From an uncultured Nitrososphaerota archaeon (GTDB lineage Archaea > Korarchaeota > Korarchaeia > Korarchaeales > Korarchaeaceae), in NCBI GenBank assembly GCA_964594835.1, contig CAZQNA010000001.1, forward strand, positions 160,001-224,000: 64,000 nt of DNA. Direction: 5' to 3'. This document shows positions 46,254 through 55,598 of this stretch, piece by piece (the first letter of the stretch is position 1; each line of letters starts with the position of its first letter). Under the pieces are notes generated by a model, which was not told the origin of the DNA, made no database searches, and worked only from the letters and a program-made list of their open reading frames with translations. The position numbers were made by a program, and so were the translations under genes.

Positions 46254-46694
46254 TTGAGCCAGGTGGAGACCAGGGGTGAGTTGGTCTTCAGGGATCCAGA
46301 GTCCCTGTCAGCGGTTCTGAGGAGGCTGCCTGGGGGCGAGTCTGCGGCGTCCTGGCTGGAGGGCCTGAGGTCCGAGGGCAGGGCGGGCCGCCTAGAGCTT
46401 CAATCGGTCTCCCTGGAGGAGGCGATCGTGGACGAGACGGGGCTGGTCCACGTTAGGTTCTCGGGGAGGGAGGACTGGCCCGCGCCCGCCGCCCCCGCCG
46501 ACGAGAACCCGGTGGACTGGATCAGGTCACAGACCGTGGCTGGCGTGTGGGAGTCGGAGGTCTCGAAGTCCATAGACAGCTGGGGGGACCCGTCCTCCTT
46601 GGCGTACTACACGGAGGAGCAGATCGAGCAGCGGAGGAAGGAACTCCTGAACTGGTGGATGGACGCCCTGGGGGACGTGATGGGGGGCCTGTGA
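46254..46694 (+). CDS. Hypothetical protein
   Basis: 146-aa ORF ending 1 nt before the protease start. Confidence 0.6.
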   Translation: MSQVETRGELVFRDPESLSAVLRRLPGGESAASWLEGLRSEGRAGRLELQSVSLEEAIVDETGLVHVRFSGREDWPAPAAPADENPVDWIRSQTVAGVWESEVSKSIDSWGDPSSLAYYTEEQIEQRRKELLNWWMDALGDVMGGL

Positions 46695-46695
46695 G

Positions 46696-48699
46696 TTGGC
46701 GGAGCGGAGGGCGTCGCTGGCCGGGGCCCTCCTGCTCATCTCGATCTGCTCTTCTGCGGCTGCGGCCCTCAGCTCGGCCGGGCCGGCGGCCTACCCCGGG
46801 CAGGCATCTCTCTCGGTCCCGGCCGTCACCACGGGCGGAGAGGGGGTGCTCAGCAGGCTAAGCGTTAGGGTCGAGCCCGGGCACGGCAGGGTATACTTCT
46901 CGGCCGACCCGCTCACCCAGCTCGACACCCAGTCGGCGGCCAGGACCGCCGCCCTGGTCGCCTGCTCCCTCCTGGGGGTCGACCCGTCGGACTACGACTT
47001 CTACGTCTCCATGGAGTCCGACAGCCTCATAGTGGGCGGCCCGAGCGCGGGGGCCGCCATGGCCGTGGCCATGGCCGCGGCCATCGCCAACCTGAGCCTG
47101 AGGGGCGACGTCGTCATAACGGGAATGGTGAATCCGGACGGCACCATAGGCCCCGTGGGAGGGGTGCCCGAGAAGCTCCGGGCGGCCGCCGAGGGGGGAG
47201 CTCACGTCTTCCTGGTCCCGGCCGGTCAGAGCGTCGTGGTGGAGAGCAGGGTGGTGGAGGAGAAGGGGCCGTTCTGGGTCACCAGGAGGGTCGTTAGGGA
47301 GCAGGTCAACGTCACCCAGCTCGGCCTCGAGCTGGGCGTTGAGGTCAGGGAGGTCCTCACCGTCAGGGAGGCGCTGTCCGTCTTCACGGGGTTGGAGTCG
47401 ACCGTCGAGACCCCGAAGTCGATTGACCTCCCCGAGGAGGTGAGGACGGAGATATCGAGGTGGCTCGAATCCTACTTGGAGGCCTACAGCTCGTCCAGGG
47501 ATGAGGCCGCCTCCGTGCTGGACGGTATATCCAGCAGACCGCTTAGAAGGTACGTCTCCGACGCCCTCTCGCTTGCCGACGGGGAGGCGGCGGCCGCCCG
47601 GGATCTGGCCTCCCGGGGGAGGGTGTACTCAGCCGTCAGCGCGGCGTTCAGGGCCGCCATGGAGGCGGACAGATCCATGCTGGTGGCTCGTATGGCGACT
47701 TCCAAGTCGCCGGACGAGGTCCTTCTCTCGTACGCTTCACAGGCCAACGCCTCCATCTCGTCCGCCGAGTCCCTCCTCTCATCGGAGTCACCGGGATCTC
47801 TGAGTGAGCTTGAGATCCTAGTGGGGGCCTGGGAGAGGTTGTACGACGCCAAGAAGGCCATGAGCAGGGCCGACTCGGCGTACAGGTCCGGAGATCTGAT
47901 CTCGGCGGCGGAGTGGCTGTGCTACGCCAGGTGGAGGGCGCGAACCGCTGAGGACTGGGCGTCCCTGGAGGTCTCCGGCGGGCCGGCCCCGCCGCCCGAG
48001 TCGGTCTCTGGGGTCGCCTCCACTATGATGTACGAGGCTGAGAGCGTCGTGGGGTACGCCACCACCCTGCTGGAGGAGGTGGGGGCGGGAGGCGACCTCC
48101 TGGAGAGGGCCACCTCTAGCCTGGAGATGGCCAGGGAGGCCGAGGCGGAGGGGAGGATCTACGCCGTGATAGGGCTCTCGGCCGAGGCCATAGCGTACTC
48201 CACCATGGCCGTACACGGGGTGTTCTCGACCGCAGATCTCGAGTCCCTCATCATGGCGATATCCAACGAGTCTAGGGGGCTGGTGTGGAGGGCCATGTCA
48301 TCCGGGGCCGTTCCGGTCCTGGCCCTCAGCTACATGGAGCACGCGGAGGTCTCCGAGTCCGGGGGCGACCTGAAAACCGCCCTCCTGTTCTACGAGCTGG
48401 CGGCGACGTACGCTAACCTCGACTGCCTCCTGGCGCGCGCCAGGCCGCCGCGCCTGATCCCGACCGAGACCCCTGAGGCCCGCCCCGCGCCTCGACAGCC
48501 CAGGGAGACCCCGGCCCCAGAGCTACCCGGGGGTTTCGGGTGGGGGGCCGTCGCCGTCGCCGGCCTGGTCGGCTTCGCGGCCGGGTCCGTCGCGGCGCTG
48601 GCGCTGTCACGCCGTAGAGAGGATCAGAGAAGCGGCGGATCGAGCCTGATCAGTACCACGCCTCCGCCCTCCGGCCGGCGAGGAACCTCCAGCCCATGA
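46696..48699 (+). CDS. Secreted, membrane-anchored Lon-like (S16) serine protease, ATP-independent
   Basis: Signal peptide, VGGPSAG (Ser), ITGMVNPDGTIGPVGGVPEKL (Lys), helical region and C-terminal TM plus RRR. Confidence 0.85.
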   Translation: MAERRASLAGALLLISICSSAAAALSSAGPAAYPGQASLSVPAVTTGGEGVLSRLSVRVEPGHGRVYFSADPLTQLDTQSAARTAALVACSLLGVDPSDYDFYVSMESDSLIVGGPSAGAAMAVAMAAAIANLSLRGDVVITGMVNPDGTIGPVGGVPEKLRAAAEGGAHVFLVPAGQSVVVESRVVEEKGPFWVTRRVVREQVNVTQLGLELGVEVREVLTVREALSVFTGLESTVETPKSIDLPEEVRTEISRWLESYLEAYSSSRDEAASVLDGISSRPLRRYVSDALSLADGEAAAARDLASRGRVYSAVSAAFRAAMEADRSMLVARMATSKSPDEVLLSYASQANASISSAESLLSSESPGSLSELEILVGAWERLYDAKKAMSRADSAYRSGDLISAAEWLCYARWRARTAEDWASLEVSGGPAPPPESVSGVASTMMYEAESVVGYATTLLEEVGAGGDLLERATSSLEMAREAEAEGRIYAVIGLSAEAIAYSTMAVHGVFSTADLESLIMAISNESRGLVWRAMSSGAVPVLALSYMEHAEVSESGGDLKTALLFYELAATYANLDCLLARARPPRLIPTETPEARPAPRQPRETPAPELPGGFGWGAVAVAGLVGFAAGSVAALALSRRREDQRSGGSSLISTTPPPSGRRGTSSP

Positions 48700-49288
48700 C
48701 GGCCCCGACCAGAAGGCCCAGGGCGTGGGCGACGACATCGACGCCCTCGAGGAATCCGCCTCCGACCACCAGGAGCGCCACGATCACGGTGCTTGAGGAG
48801 ATCCGGCCGAATCTGACCCACTCGAGCACCATGGCGACCCCGAAGAGCCCCAGTATCCCGCCGGAGGCGCCCACCGACACCCCCCATGGGGTCAGGATCG
48901 CCGACCCGAGACCGCCGACCAGCGCGGCAGAGAAGAAGGTGGTCAGCATGCGGGTCGACCCCAGGACGCTCTCGGTGATGGGCCCCAACACGTAGAGGGC
49001 GTACAGGTTGAACGCCAGGTGTACTAACCCCGCGTGGAGGAAGATAGACGTCAGCAGGGTGTAGGGGCGACCGGAGACCATCGCCTCAAGGGAGGAGCCC
49101 CATCGGTAGAGGATCTCCTTGGACGGAAAGGGTGGCGACCCCATAGAGGCCACGTAGCCAGCCACCATGAGGGCCAGGAGCGACGATGTGGCCCACGGAA
49201 CCCTGGCCTGTCTCCTGAGGATGACCGCGCTCAAGGCGCCAGCCAAGACCGAAGCTGCGAGCCTCAGCACCCAAGTCAAGTCGATCAC
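48650..49288 (-). CDS. Rhomboid intramembrane protease
   Basis: TSIFLH..HL.FN, GASGG and AHALG motifs. Confidence 0.9.
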   Translation of the reverse strand: MIDLTWVLRLAASVLAGALSAVILRRQARVPWATSSLLALMVAGYVASMGSPPFPSKEILYRWGSSLEAMVSGRPYTLLTSIFLHAGLVHLAFNLYALYVLGPITESVLGSTRMLTTFFSAALVGGLGSAILTPWGVSVGASGGILGLFGVAMVLEWVRFGRISSSTVIVALLVVGGGFLEGVDVVAHALGLLVGAVMGWRFLAGRRAEAWY

Positions 49289-50448
49289 CGCCCAGCGACC
49301 TCGACCAGCAGCCTCGCAATGGCCCCGGCCGCGGCCCGGGGTGAGATGGCCGCGGCCCGGGCTGCAGCCCAGGGGCTCAAAATCTTGAGCGCCGACCTCC
49401 CCTGTAGGTCCACGTCAAACTCCCTCCGCAGAACGTCCTCCCTCTCTTTGAGTAACCTGAACAGCTCATCCAACTCGTCGGGCCGAACCCTCTCTAGGTA
49501 CTCCCTGGCCGCCAGGGAAATGGCCACTTCCCTCCCAAAGAGCTTCCACCACCCTCCCCCGTAGTCCGGCGATCGCGCGCCCCCCTCGGAGTGCCTGAGG
49601 ATCGACTCGGCGGCCATCCTAGCCGCCGATACCCCCCAGTAGATGCCGCCCCTGCTTAGGGGCTTCACCTGCCCGGCTGAGTCGCCGACGAATACTATCC
49701 AGGACCTTCCAAACCTGAAAGTCGTCCGCCTCATCGGCTTCCTCGGAATCAGACCTCCCCTCACGTCTCTTGGGCTGCAGGGGGACTGAGACAGGGCCCA
49801 CCTCAGGACCTCGACCCCCCTCCGCCCGAGGGCTCCGGCCATGACCCCTCCCTCCGCGGGATGCACCCAGGAGAAGCTAGAGCCCCCCCTAAGGCGGACG
49901 ACGTAGCCGTCGATATCCCCCCCAGGACACCTCGCGTTGACTCCCACCTCGAGATCCTGCCTCCCGATCCCCAGAACCCTCCTCACGCTTGAGTCAGCCC
50001 CGTCGGAGGCGATCAGGTACCTGAAGCAGACGGCCAGCTTCTCCCCAGATCTCCTGGCCGTCGCGGTTCCTGGGGATAGCCCGACGAGCCTGGCCGAAGT
50101 GATCAGGGTGGCTCCCTCCGACTTGGCGCACTCCGCCATGTCGAGGTCCATAGACTCCCTCCTCACAACCCGCGCCAGACCCCGGCGGCGGACGAGGAGC
50201 TCCTCCCCACCAGGAGAGACGAACCTGGCCCAGTTCACCTGCCCGACAACCCAGTCCTCGCGCCTCAGGGGGAGGGCCTTCCACGCCAGTCCCCCGAGTA
50301 TCCCCGAGCAGGCCCTCCTCAGGCCCGGCCTCGACCTGGCCTCCAGCACAACGACCCTCATCCCTGCCCTGGCGAGCGTGAGCGCCGCAGTCGATCCGGC
50401 GGGACCAGCCCCAACTACGAGCGCATCAGCCCTCAGCTCGCTCGACAA
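49285..50448 (-). CDS. Geranylgeranyl reductase-family flavoprotein
   Basis: VGAGPAG, CSG, SDGADS and VGDSAGQVKPLSRGGI motifs. Confidence 0.85.
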   Translation of the reverse strand: MSSELRADALVVGAGPAGSTAALTLARAGMRVVVLEARSRPGLRRACSGILGGLAWKALPLRREDWVVGQVNWARFVSPGGEELLVRRRGLARVVRRESMDLDMAECAKSEGATLITSARLVGLSPGTATARRSGEKLAVCFRYLIASDGADSSVRRVLGIGRQDLEVGVNARCPGGDIDGYVVRLRGGSSFSWVHPAEGGVMAGALGRRGVEVLRWALSQSPCSPRDVRGGLIPRKPMRRTTFRFGRSWIVFVGDSAGQVKPLSRGGIYWGVSAARMAAESILRHSEGGARSPDYGGGWWKLFGREVAISLAAREYLERVRPDELDELFRLLKEREDVLRREFDVDLQGRSALKILSPWAAARAAAISPRAAAGAIARLLVEVAGR

Positions 50449-50677
50449 TTCGAAGCAGCTCCTCCTCGGTCAGGGGGCCCTGGTGGACCAGCCTCCCGTC
50501 TACTAGCAGAGCCGGCAGGAGCTTGACCCCGGCGCTCAGGGCCAGCCTCTGGCCCTCCATGGTTCTCACGGATACCTCCTCGTACTCCAGCCCCCTATCC
50601 CGGCAGAACCTCCTCACCAGCCTGGCCGCGTCCAGGGAGGGATCGCAGAGGGGGGAGACGAGGATGGTGATCTTCAC
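50426..50677 (-). CDS. Thioredoxin/glutaredoxin-like protein (CxxS variant)
   Basis: SPLCDPS...GVKLLPALLVDG..HQG. Confidence 0.7.
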   Translation of the reverse strand: MKITILVSPLCDPSLDAARLVRRFCRDRGLEYEEVSVRTMEGQRLALSAGVKLLPALLVDGRLVHQGPLTEEELLRIVERAEG

Positions 50678-50720
50678 CCGCGACCACCCGAAGGAATTCT
50701 CCCCGGCGTCCTGCGGTCCC

Positions 50721-51392
50721 TCAGCCCTGGCTCCAGGGCGCCCTGACGAACTTGTACCTTATCGGCCGGCCCTCTATCCTCTCAACGTACCCCTGGGCCT
50801 CCAGCCTCTTCAGGTAGTCCCTCGCCGTGGGGTCTGCCACCCTCAGGTAGCTCGCCACCTCGACGCTTGTCTTGGGCCCCTGAAGCTCCAAGAACCTGAG
50901 GGCCCTCAGGCCCTTGTCCCTCTTCGTAAGCTCCGCGATGAGCTTCTGGATGATCTCCGACTCGACCTCCACCCCGACCCTCTTCCTGGCCTCCAGCTCG
51001 GCGGCCATGGATATCAGCTCCTCCATCCTGCCGACGAGTTCCTCCACGACCTCCCCGCCCGTCCACCTGAACATGCCCTCCACCAGCTCCGGTATCAGCT
51101 TGACTAGGTCGGTCAGCAGAGTGCTGTATGTATCGTCGAATACGGCCGAGACGTTCTCCTCCAGGTCGTCTCCGCAGCCGCCGAGCGCCAGCTTGAGCCC
51201 ATTCAGGAGAATCTCCCTGTAGTGGCCCTTCTTCAGGTTCATATGCTCTATGACCTTCCTAGAGAGGACTCCACTCAGCTCCGAGGCGAAGTCCCTCCTT
51301 AGCCTGTCGAGGTCCCCCAGGTATCTCTGCCTGAACTCCCTTTCAACCTCTTCCTTGATCTCGCCGAAGGAGTCCTCTTCCGGGTGATCCAT
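50721..51392 (-). CDS. Coiled-coil plus C-terminal wHTH (TrmB-like) regulator
   Basis: GPKTSVEVASYL...ARDYLKRLEAQGYVERIEGRPIRY. Confidence 0.75.
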   Translation of the reverse strand: MDHPEEDSFGEIKEEVEREFRQRYLGDLDRLRRDFASELSGVLSRKVIEHMNLKKGHYREILLNGLKLALGGCGDDLEENVSAVFDDTYSTLLTDLVKLIPELVEGMFRWTGGEVVEELVGRMEELISMAAELEARKRVGVEVESEIIQKLIAELTKRDKGLRALRFLELQGPKTSVEVASYLRVADPTARDYLKRLEAQGYVERIEGRPIRYKFVRAPWSQG

Positions 51393-51460
51393 AGCCTATC
51401 CTCCTCTCTTTTGACGTGAATAGGCCGGGAGGGCCCGCAACTCATGGGCGGACCCAATTA

Positions 51461-52336
51461 CTATAAACTTGGGTCGCCGCGGCCCCGCCCCACGGGCCGC
51501 GCCTCCACATCCACCCTGAACTTCCACCTTCGCGGAGAGTAGCTCCCGACCTTCCTCCAGCCGAGAACCCTGGTCTTCAGGCCAAGCTTGCCCGCTGCCT
51601 CTCTGATCAGCTCTGCTGCCCTCCGTGGGGCGTCCTCTCCCCCCCAGTAGTAGAAGTGGATCACCCCGCCCTCGGGTCGGAGGCACCTCAGGGCTAGGTC
51701 AAGGAATGCGTAGGCCCCCTTCGGGAGGGGCATCACGACCCTGTCGAACCGGCCGAACAGGGAGGGGCACACTTCTCTGACGTCCCCCAGGATCGCCCTG
51801 ACCTTCCCCTCCAGCCTGTTGAGCCTTATGTTCTCCTCGAAGTACCTCACGGCGTCGGGATTTATCTCGACCCCTACAACCTTGGCCACCCGCGGCTGGG
51901 CCCTAGCTATGGCGACCGCGTACGGGCCGACGCCAGCGAACATCACGAGGACGCGCTCGCCCGGACCGACCATGGCCGCCACCTCGGCCCTGTCCGTGGC
52001 CTCCCTTGGGGAGAAGTAGACCCTCCTCGGGTCGAGCTTGAGCCTGTACCCGTGCTCCCTGTGGATTACCTCGGTGTTCTCGTCTCCCCAGGCTAGCTCG
52101 TATCGTCTGAGCCTCTCCTCACCCTCCCTGGGTCCGAGCTTTATGAGGACGGACTTAACGTGCTTGTGCCTCCTCGCGACCTCCCTGGCCGCCTCCTCGG
52201 GGTCCACCCCCGCGGGGACCTCCACGATGGCGACTGCCCCGGTCTCACGGGATCCCACCAGATCGTACGCTATCCTCCCGGGCCTGCCCTCCCCCCTCGG
52301 AGCACCCTCGGGCCGCTGCCCTGGCGCCAGGAACAC
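51461..52336 (-). CDS. Trm5/Taw2-family SAM-dependent tRNA methyltransferase
   Basis: YDLVG, HREHG, VYFSPR, MFAGVGPY, EINP and DRVVMPLP motifs. Confidence 0.85.
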   Translation of the reverse strand: MFLAPGQRPEGAPRGEGRPGRIAYDLVGSRETGAVAIVEVPAGVDPEEAAREVARRHKHVKSVLIKLGPREGEERLRRYELAWGDENTEVIHREHGYRLKLDPRRVYFSPREATDRAEVAAMVGPGERVLVMFAGVGPYAVAIARAQPRVAKVVGVEINPDAVRYFEENIRLNRLEGKVRAILGDVREVCPSLFGRFDRVVMPLPKGAYAFLDLALRCLRPEGGVIHFYYWGGEDAPRRAAELIREAAGKLGLKTRVLGWRKVGSYSPRRWKFRVDVEARPVGRGRGDPSL

Positions 52337-52351
52337 CCCCCGGCCGCCGGC

Positions 52352-53134
52352 TCACCTTAGGCCGTACACCTCAAGGGCGTTGGAGGTCGTGATCTCCGCC
52401 AGCTCCTCCGGCTTCATCCCCTTGGCCTTGGCCAGGAATCTCACGGACTTCACTATGTTCGCCGGCTCGTTTCTGCCCTTCGAGTCTGGGCTCAGGACGG
52501 GTGAATCGCTCTCCAGCACCATGTAATCGACTGGGGTAGCCTCGGCCACCTTCTGGACGTTCGAGCTCTTCACGACGTTGGTGGCGATGCTCACGTACCA
52601 CCCCCTCTCCACCGCGGTCTTCACGTCCTTCTGAGATCCTCCAAAGGCGTGGAGCACGACTCTGGTGGCCCCCTCATCCTCCAGCACCCTGAGGACGGGC
52701 CTCTGGGCCCACAGGCTGTGGACGACGATGGGCTTGTCTATCTCCTCGGCCAGCCTGATGAACCTCCTGAAGACCTCCTCCTGCCTCTTCCTGACGGACT
52801 CCTGCTTGGCTATCCTGTAGTCCATGCCCACCTCGCCCACTGCGACTATGTCCCTCTCGTTCTCCAGGATCAGCCTCTCCACCGCCTTTATCTCGGACTC
52901 ATCGTCCGCGTCCCTCGGGTCAAGCCCAAGGGAGACGTGAACCACGGTGGACGGGAGGAAGAGCCTGAGCGCCCTCTCCCCCTCCTCGCTGTCGAGGGAG
53001 GAGGAGACCATCCCGACGACGCCGGCCCTCACCGCCCTGTCTATGACCTCCCACCTGTCGTCGTCGAAGGCGGGATCCTCTAGGTGGCAGTGGGCGTCGA
53101 ACAGCCTCAGCGGCGGCATCTCAGTTTCGCGCAC
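52352..53134 (-). CDS. tatD: TatD-family nuclease
   Basis: DAHCHL, GEVGMDY, VVHS, LHAF and LESDSP motifs. Confidence 0.92.
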   Translation of the reverse strand: MRETEMPPLRLFDAHCHLEDPAFDDDRWEVIDRAVRAGVVGMVSSSLDSEEGERALRLFLPSTVVHVSLGLDPRDADDESEIKAVERLILENERDIVAVGEVGMDYRIAKQESVRKRQEEVFRRFIRLAEEIDKPIVVHSLWAQRPVLRVLEDEGATRVVLHAFGGSQKDVKTAVERGWYVSIATNVVKSSNVQKVAEATPVDYMVLESDSPVLSPDSKGRNEPANIVKSVRFLAKAKGMKPEELAEITTSNALEVYGLR

Positions 53135-53195
53135 ATGAGGGGTAAATATGTTGTTCCATCGTGGCCCTGCGGCTCCTCAAGCTGCACGCTTGAAC

Positions 53196-54245
53196 TCAGG
53201 CCAGGCTGAGCCCCCTCGTCGGCAGGGGAACCACCTCCCCTCCCCTGAGGACCACGAGGTGGGTCACCTTCGACTCGTGGCAGTCCACGACCGCGAGGCC
53301 CGAGTCCCCCGGCCACCCCTCCACCCTCAGCTCTGCCCAGGGGCCCGGGACGCCGGAGGTCCACAGAGCGACGGGATCGCTCAGGTCGTCGAGTGGCGCC
53401 TCTCCAATAACCCTCGCCCTTCCCCCGTGGGCCTCTACCATGTAGGCCCTCCCCCCCGACACGAGCCAGGCCTCCCAGCCGGGAGGAGTTGCGAGCGCCG
53501 CCGAGACCCCAGACGGGAGGGCCTTAGAGGCGTCGTGGATGAAGTCCGGCAGGCGGGCCAGCCTGTGCTTCATCAGCTTCACGGCGTGCGACACTGGGGC
53601 CAGTATGGCCCCGGTGAGCCTGGGCTCCCTCACCGCGAGGACTCGCCCGCCCTCCCCCAAGAGGACGGCAGCCCTGCCGACCTCTAGGGCCAGGTGCCCG
53701 TCGCTCCCGGCCGTCCAGGGGAGGCCGAGCTCCAGGGCCAGGGACCGAGCCCTCCTGTTTGACTCCCGCGGGGACCGAGAGTTGGCCCCCTCGACGGCGT
53801 CGATCGCCTGAGCGATCTCCCTAACCCCCTCGAGCCTCATGGCGTTCTTCCGGGTCCAGTCGCCGGGGTGGGGAACGGTGACGAGGCCGCCCTGCTCTCT
53901 GATCTCCTCCACGGTCTCCAGGGGGTCCCTGTTCTGCCGTACCCAGTCTGAGAGGTTGAGCCCGATGACCTCCCCGCCGGAGGTCTTGATCTCCTCCCCG
54001 GGGATCACCGCGATGCCGAACCTCTCGGCCGCCCGCCTCAGGTCTCGGAATGCCAGGGTCTCACCGTGGTCGGTCACCGCCAGCCCGGAGAGGCCCCTCC
54101 TGCTCGCCCACCTCGCCACCGACGAGGGCCTGGAGGGGGAGTCCCTCGACCACATGGTGTGCAGGTGGAGGTCGTACCAGCCTGGGGGGACGTCCAGCTT
54201 GAGCCTCATACCATCGGGAGCCTCTATCACCGGCAGAGGAACCAC
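53196..54245 (-). CDS. PHP-domain phosphoesterase with extra C-terminal domain
   Basis: DLHLHT..S.DS, AVTDH, PHP and GSDGH motifs. Confidence 0.85.
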   Translation of the reverse strand: MVPLPVIEAPDGMRLKLDVPPGWYDLHLHTMWSRDSPSRPSSVARWASRRGLSGLAVTDHGETLAFRDLRRAAERFGIAVIPGEEIKTSGGEVIGLNLSDWVRQNRDPLETVEEIREQGGLVTVPHPGDWTRKNAMRLEGVREIAQAIDAVEGANSRSPRESNRRARSLALELGLPWTAGSDGHLALEVGRAAVLLGEGGRVLAVREPRLTGAILAPVSHAVKLMKHRLARLPDFIHDASKALPSGVSAALATPPGWEAWLVSGGRAYMVEAHGGRARVIGEAPLDDLSDPVALWTSGVPGPWAELRVEGWPGDSGLAVVDCHESKVTHLVVLRGGEVVPLPTRGLSLA

Positions 54246-54290
54246 CTTCCCCCGGACGCCTGATCTCTCTTGGGGCCGGGCGCGGGCAGA

Positions 54291-54584
54291 TCAGAGGTCC
54301 TCCAGCCCGTCGTCCAGGGGCTCGAACTCCTCCAGCTCAACCTCCTCCAGCTCAAAGTCCACGTCCTCCAGCTCTATCTCCTCCATCCCCTCCAGCTCGG
54401 CCAGGTCGAAGTCCTCCTCCTCGAACTCGAGTTCCTCCTCCCTCAGCTCCACCAGCTGGACCGAGCCTCCCTTGATCGCGGCGAACATCCTCGCGCCGCA
54501 GTCGGGGCACTCCACCTCCCCCTGGAAGTCGGGGGATTCCACGGCGATCCGAGCCCCGCAGATGGGACACTCCACCTCGGGCAT
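54291..54584 (-). CDS. LysW-like zinc-finger protein with long acidic tail
   Basis: VECPICG...GEVECPDCGA plus a 52-residue tail containing 29 Asp/Glu. TATA (TTTTATA) lies 25 nt upstream of the ATG. Confidence 0.75.
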   Translation of the reverse strand: MPEVECPICGARIAVESPDFQGEVECPDCGARMFAAIKGGSVQLVELREEELEFEEEDFDLAELEGMEEIELEDVDFELEEVELEEFEPLDDGLEDL

Positions 54585-54631
54585 TTCCGGGCCCGCGGAC
54601 TGCGGCGGTATAAAATTAACCCTCCGCGGGC

Positions 54632-55552
54632 CTAAGCCAGCCTCTCCGGGACCCTGCCGCCGAGCCTCTCCACGAGCCTGCAGAAGGAGCACACCTCGGT
54701 CCTGCTCGGATATCCGCACCTGGAACACTCCCTGAACCCCTCCATCCTCTCGCCCAGCAGGCCAGCCCGCCTCGCAAGCTCCCTCACCGAGTCCACGAAG
54801 TTCACGGTGCTCGTGGGCCAGAGCGAGCGGAGGTCGTTCAGGAGGGGCTTGATGATCGCCTGCTTGTCCTGGCCCTCGTGCGGGCACTTGGTCGAGCACC
54901 GGGTGGCGCCGACGATCCTCACGTAGGTCTCGGCGTCGGAGTCGCTCAGCCAGAAGAGGGGCCTCACCCTACCGACCAGCTTCAGCTCCGGGATGGGCGG
55001 GGTCACCGAGTCGAGGGAGCGGAGGTAGGCGATGTTGTGGGTGATCATGTTGTTGAGGGCGAAGTAGGCCATGTCGTCCAGGTTGTGCCCCGTCGCGACG
55101 TAGTCGTAGCCCGCCTCGTGGGCCACCCTGTTCAGGATGTACCTCGTCACCGTCCCGCAGACCACGCACGCGAAGGACGGGTCATCCGGCACCCGGATGC
55201 CGAGGTCGTCCCTCAGCGAGACGTAGTGCCTCCTGGCCCCCGTCTCGGAGACCGCCCTCTCAAACACCTCGACGCAGGCCTCGTTGCCCGACACGCCCAC
55301 GTCTATCATCAGGGCCCCCAGGTCTAGGCGAAACTCCTCGGCCAGCTCGGAAAGGGAGTAGAGCGCGGCTATTGAGTCCTTACCGCCGGAGACCCCCACG
55401 AGAACCCTTCTCCCCTTACCCATCTTCCTGAGGACCCTGATCACCCTCTTCCTGAAGTAGCGGAGGAAGTGCTCCGTGCAGACCCTCCCCCCGAGGTTCG
55501 GAACGAAGTGCTCCCCGGGGTTCCGGCAGTAGAGGCAGCGCTCGACGGCCAT
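54632..55552 (-). CDS. ttuA: TtuA/Ncs6-family tRNA 2-thiolation enzyme
   Basis: CLYC..CTEH, SGGKDS, CVVC, GHNLDD, CP and CSRCG...CSFC motifs. Confidence 0.85.
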   Translation of the reverse strand: MAVERCLYCRNPGEHFVPNLGGRVCTEHFLRYFRKRVIRVLRKMGKGRRVLVGVSGGKDSIAALYSLSELAEEFRLDLGALMIDVGVSGNEACVEVFERAVSETGARRHYVSLRDDLGIRVPDDPSFACVVCGTVTRYILNRVAHEAGYDYVATGHNLDDMAYFALNNMITHNIAYLRSLDSVTPPIPELKLVGRVRPLFWLSDSDAETYVRIVGATRCSTKCPHEGQDKQAIIKPLLNDLRSLWPTSTVNFVDSVRELARRAGLLGERMEGFRECSRCGYPSRTEVCSFCRLVERLGGRVPERLA

Positions 55553-55598
55553 CGCCCGAGCGCGGCCTCTCACCAAAATAACCGAACCGATTCCCCTA

